Shown in pieces: positions 39,402-39,456 of a stretch of 39,456 nucleotides of DNA. The notes beneath the pieces were generated by a model, which was given only the letters and a program-made list of their open reading frames with translations, was not told the DNA's origin and did no database searches. Numbering within the stretch: the first letter of the stretch is position 1; each line of letters starts with the position of its first letter. The position numbers and the translations under genes are program-made. Origin of the DNA: a virus; the IMG/VR virus record IMGVR_UViG_3300045988_145861, positions 1-39,456 of that record; one strand, written 5' to 3'.

Positions 39402-39456
39402 GCCCACGCTTCGGGCACGTCCGTCACCGTGCAGGTGAGGGTCGCCTGGTCGGCGA
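39402..39456. repeat. Terminal direct repeat, copy 2 (identical to 1-55)
   Basis: Same 55-mer as at the left end. Confidence 0.95.

Overview
The first and last 55 nt of the window are identical. It is therefore a closed, artificially linearised circular genome with 39,401 unique bp. It looks like a complete temperate siphovirus or prophage of a high-GC Actinomycetota host. Each module appears once. On the plus strand: a CI-like repressor, about 1 kb of non-coding DNA holding an attP with a tRNA 3' fragment, a tyrosine integrase, two moron-like cassettes, an XRE regulator and an Xis-like protein. On the minus strand, starting at the switch near 1.5 kb and wrapping through the window ends: a cro-like gene, small early genes, a sortase-anchored adhesin split across the ends, RecT, three methyltransferase-type genes, DUF4326, RusA, a tandem family of small paralogues, a replication initiator with an embedded origin, SSB and a PD-(D/E)XK protein. 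A strong hairpin follows, then HNH, TerS, TerL, portal, MuF-like protein, scaffold, major capsid, connectors, major tail protein, the G/T chaperones, tape measure, four distal tail proteins, endolysin and holin, and a post-lysis pair that includes a GDPD-like enzyme. Most notable observations: (1) a beta-class DNA methyltransferase interrupted at a G9 tract; (2) a C5-methyltransferase paralogue that has lost its catalytic motifs; (3) six paralogous small proteins, five of them in tandem; (4) iterons plus an AT-rich tract inside the initiator gene, sharing a 9-mer box with the attP/int flanks; (5) two near-identical promoter-leader cassettes; (6) the phage-borne LAKTG adhesin. All functional calls rest on motif recognition by eye; no searches were run.
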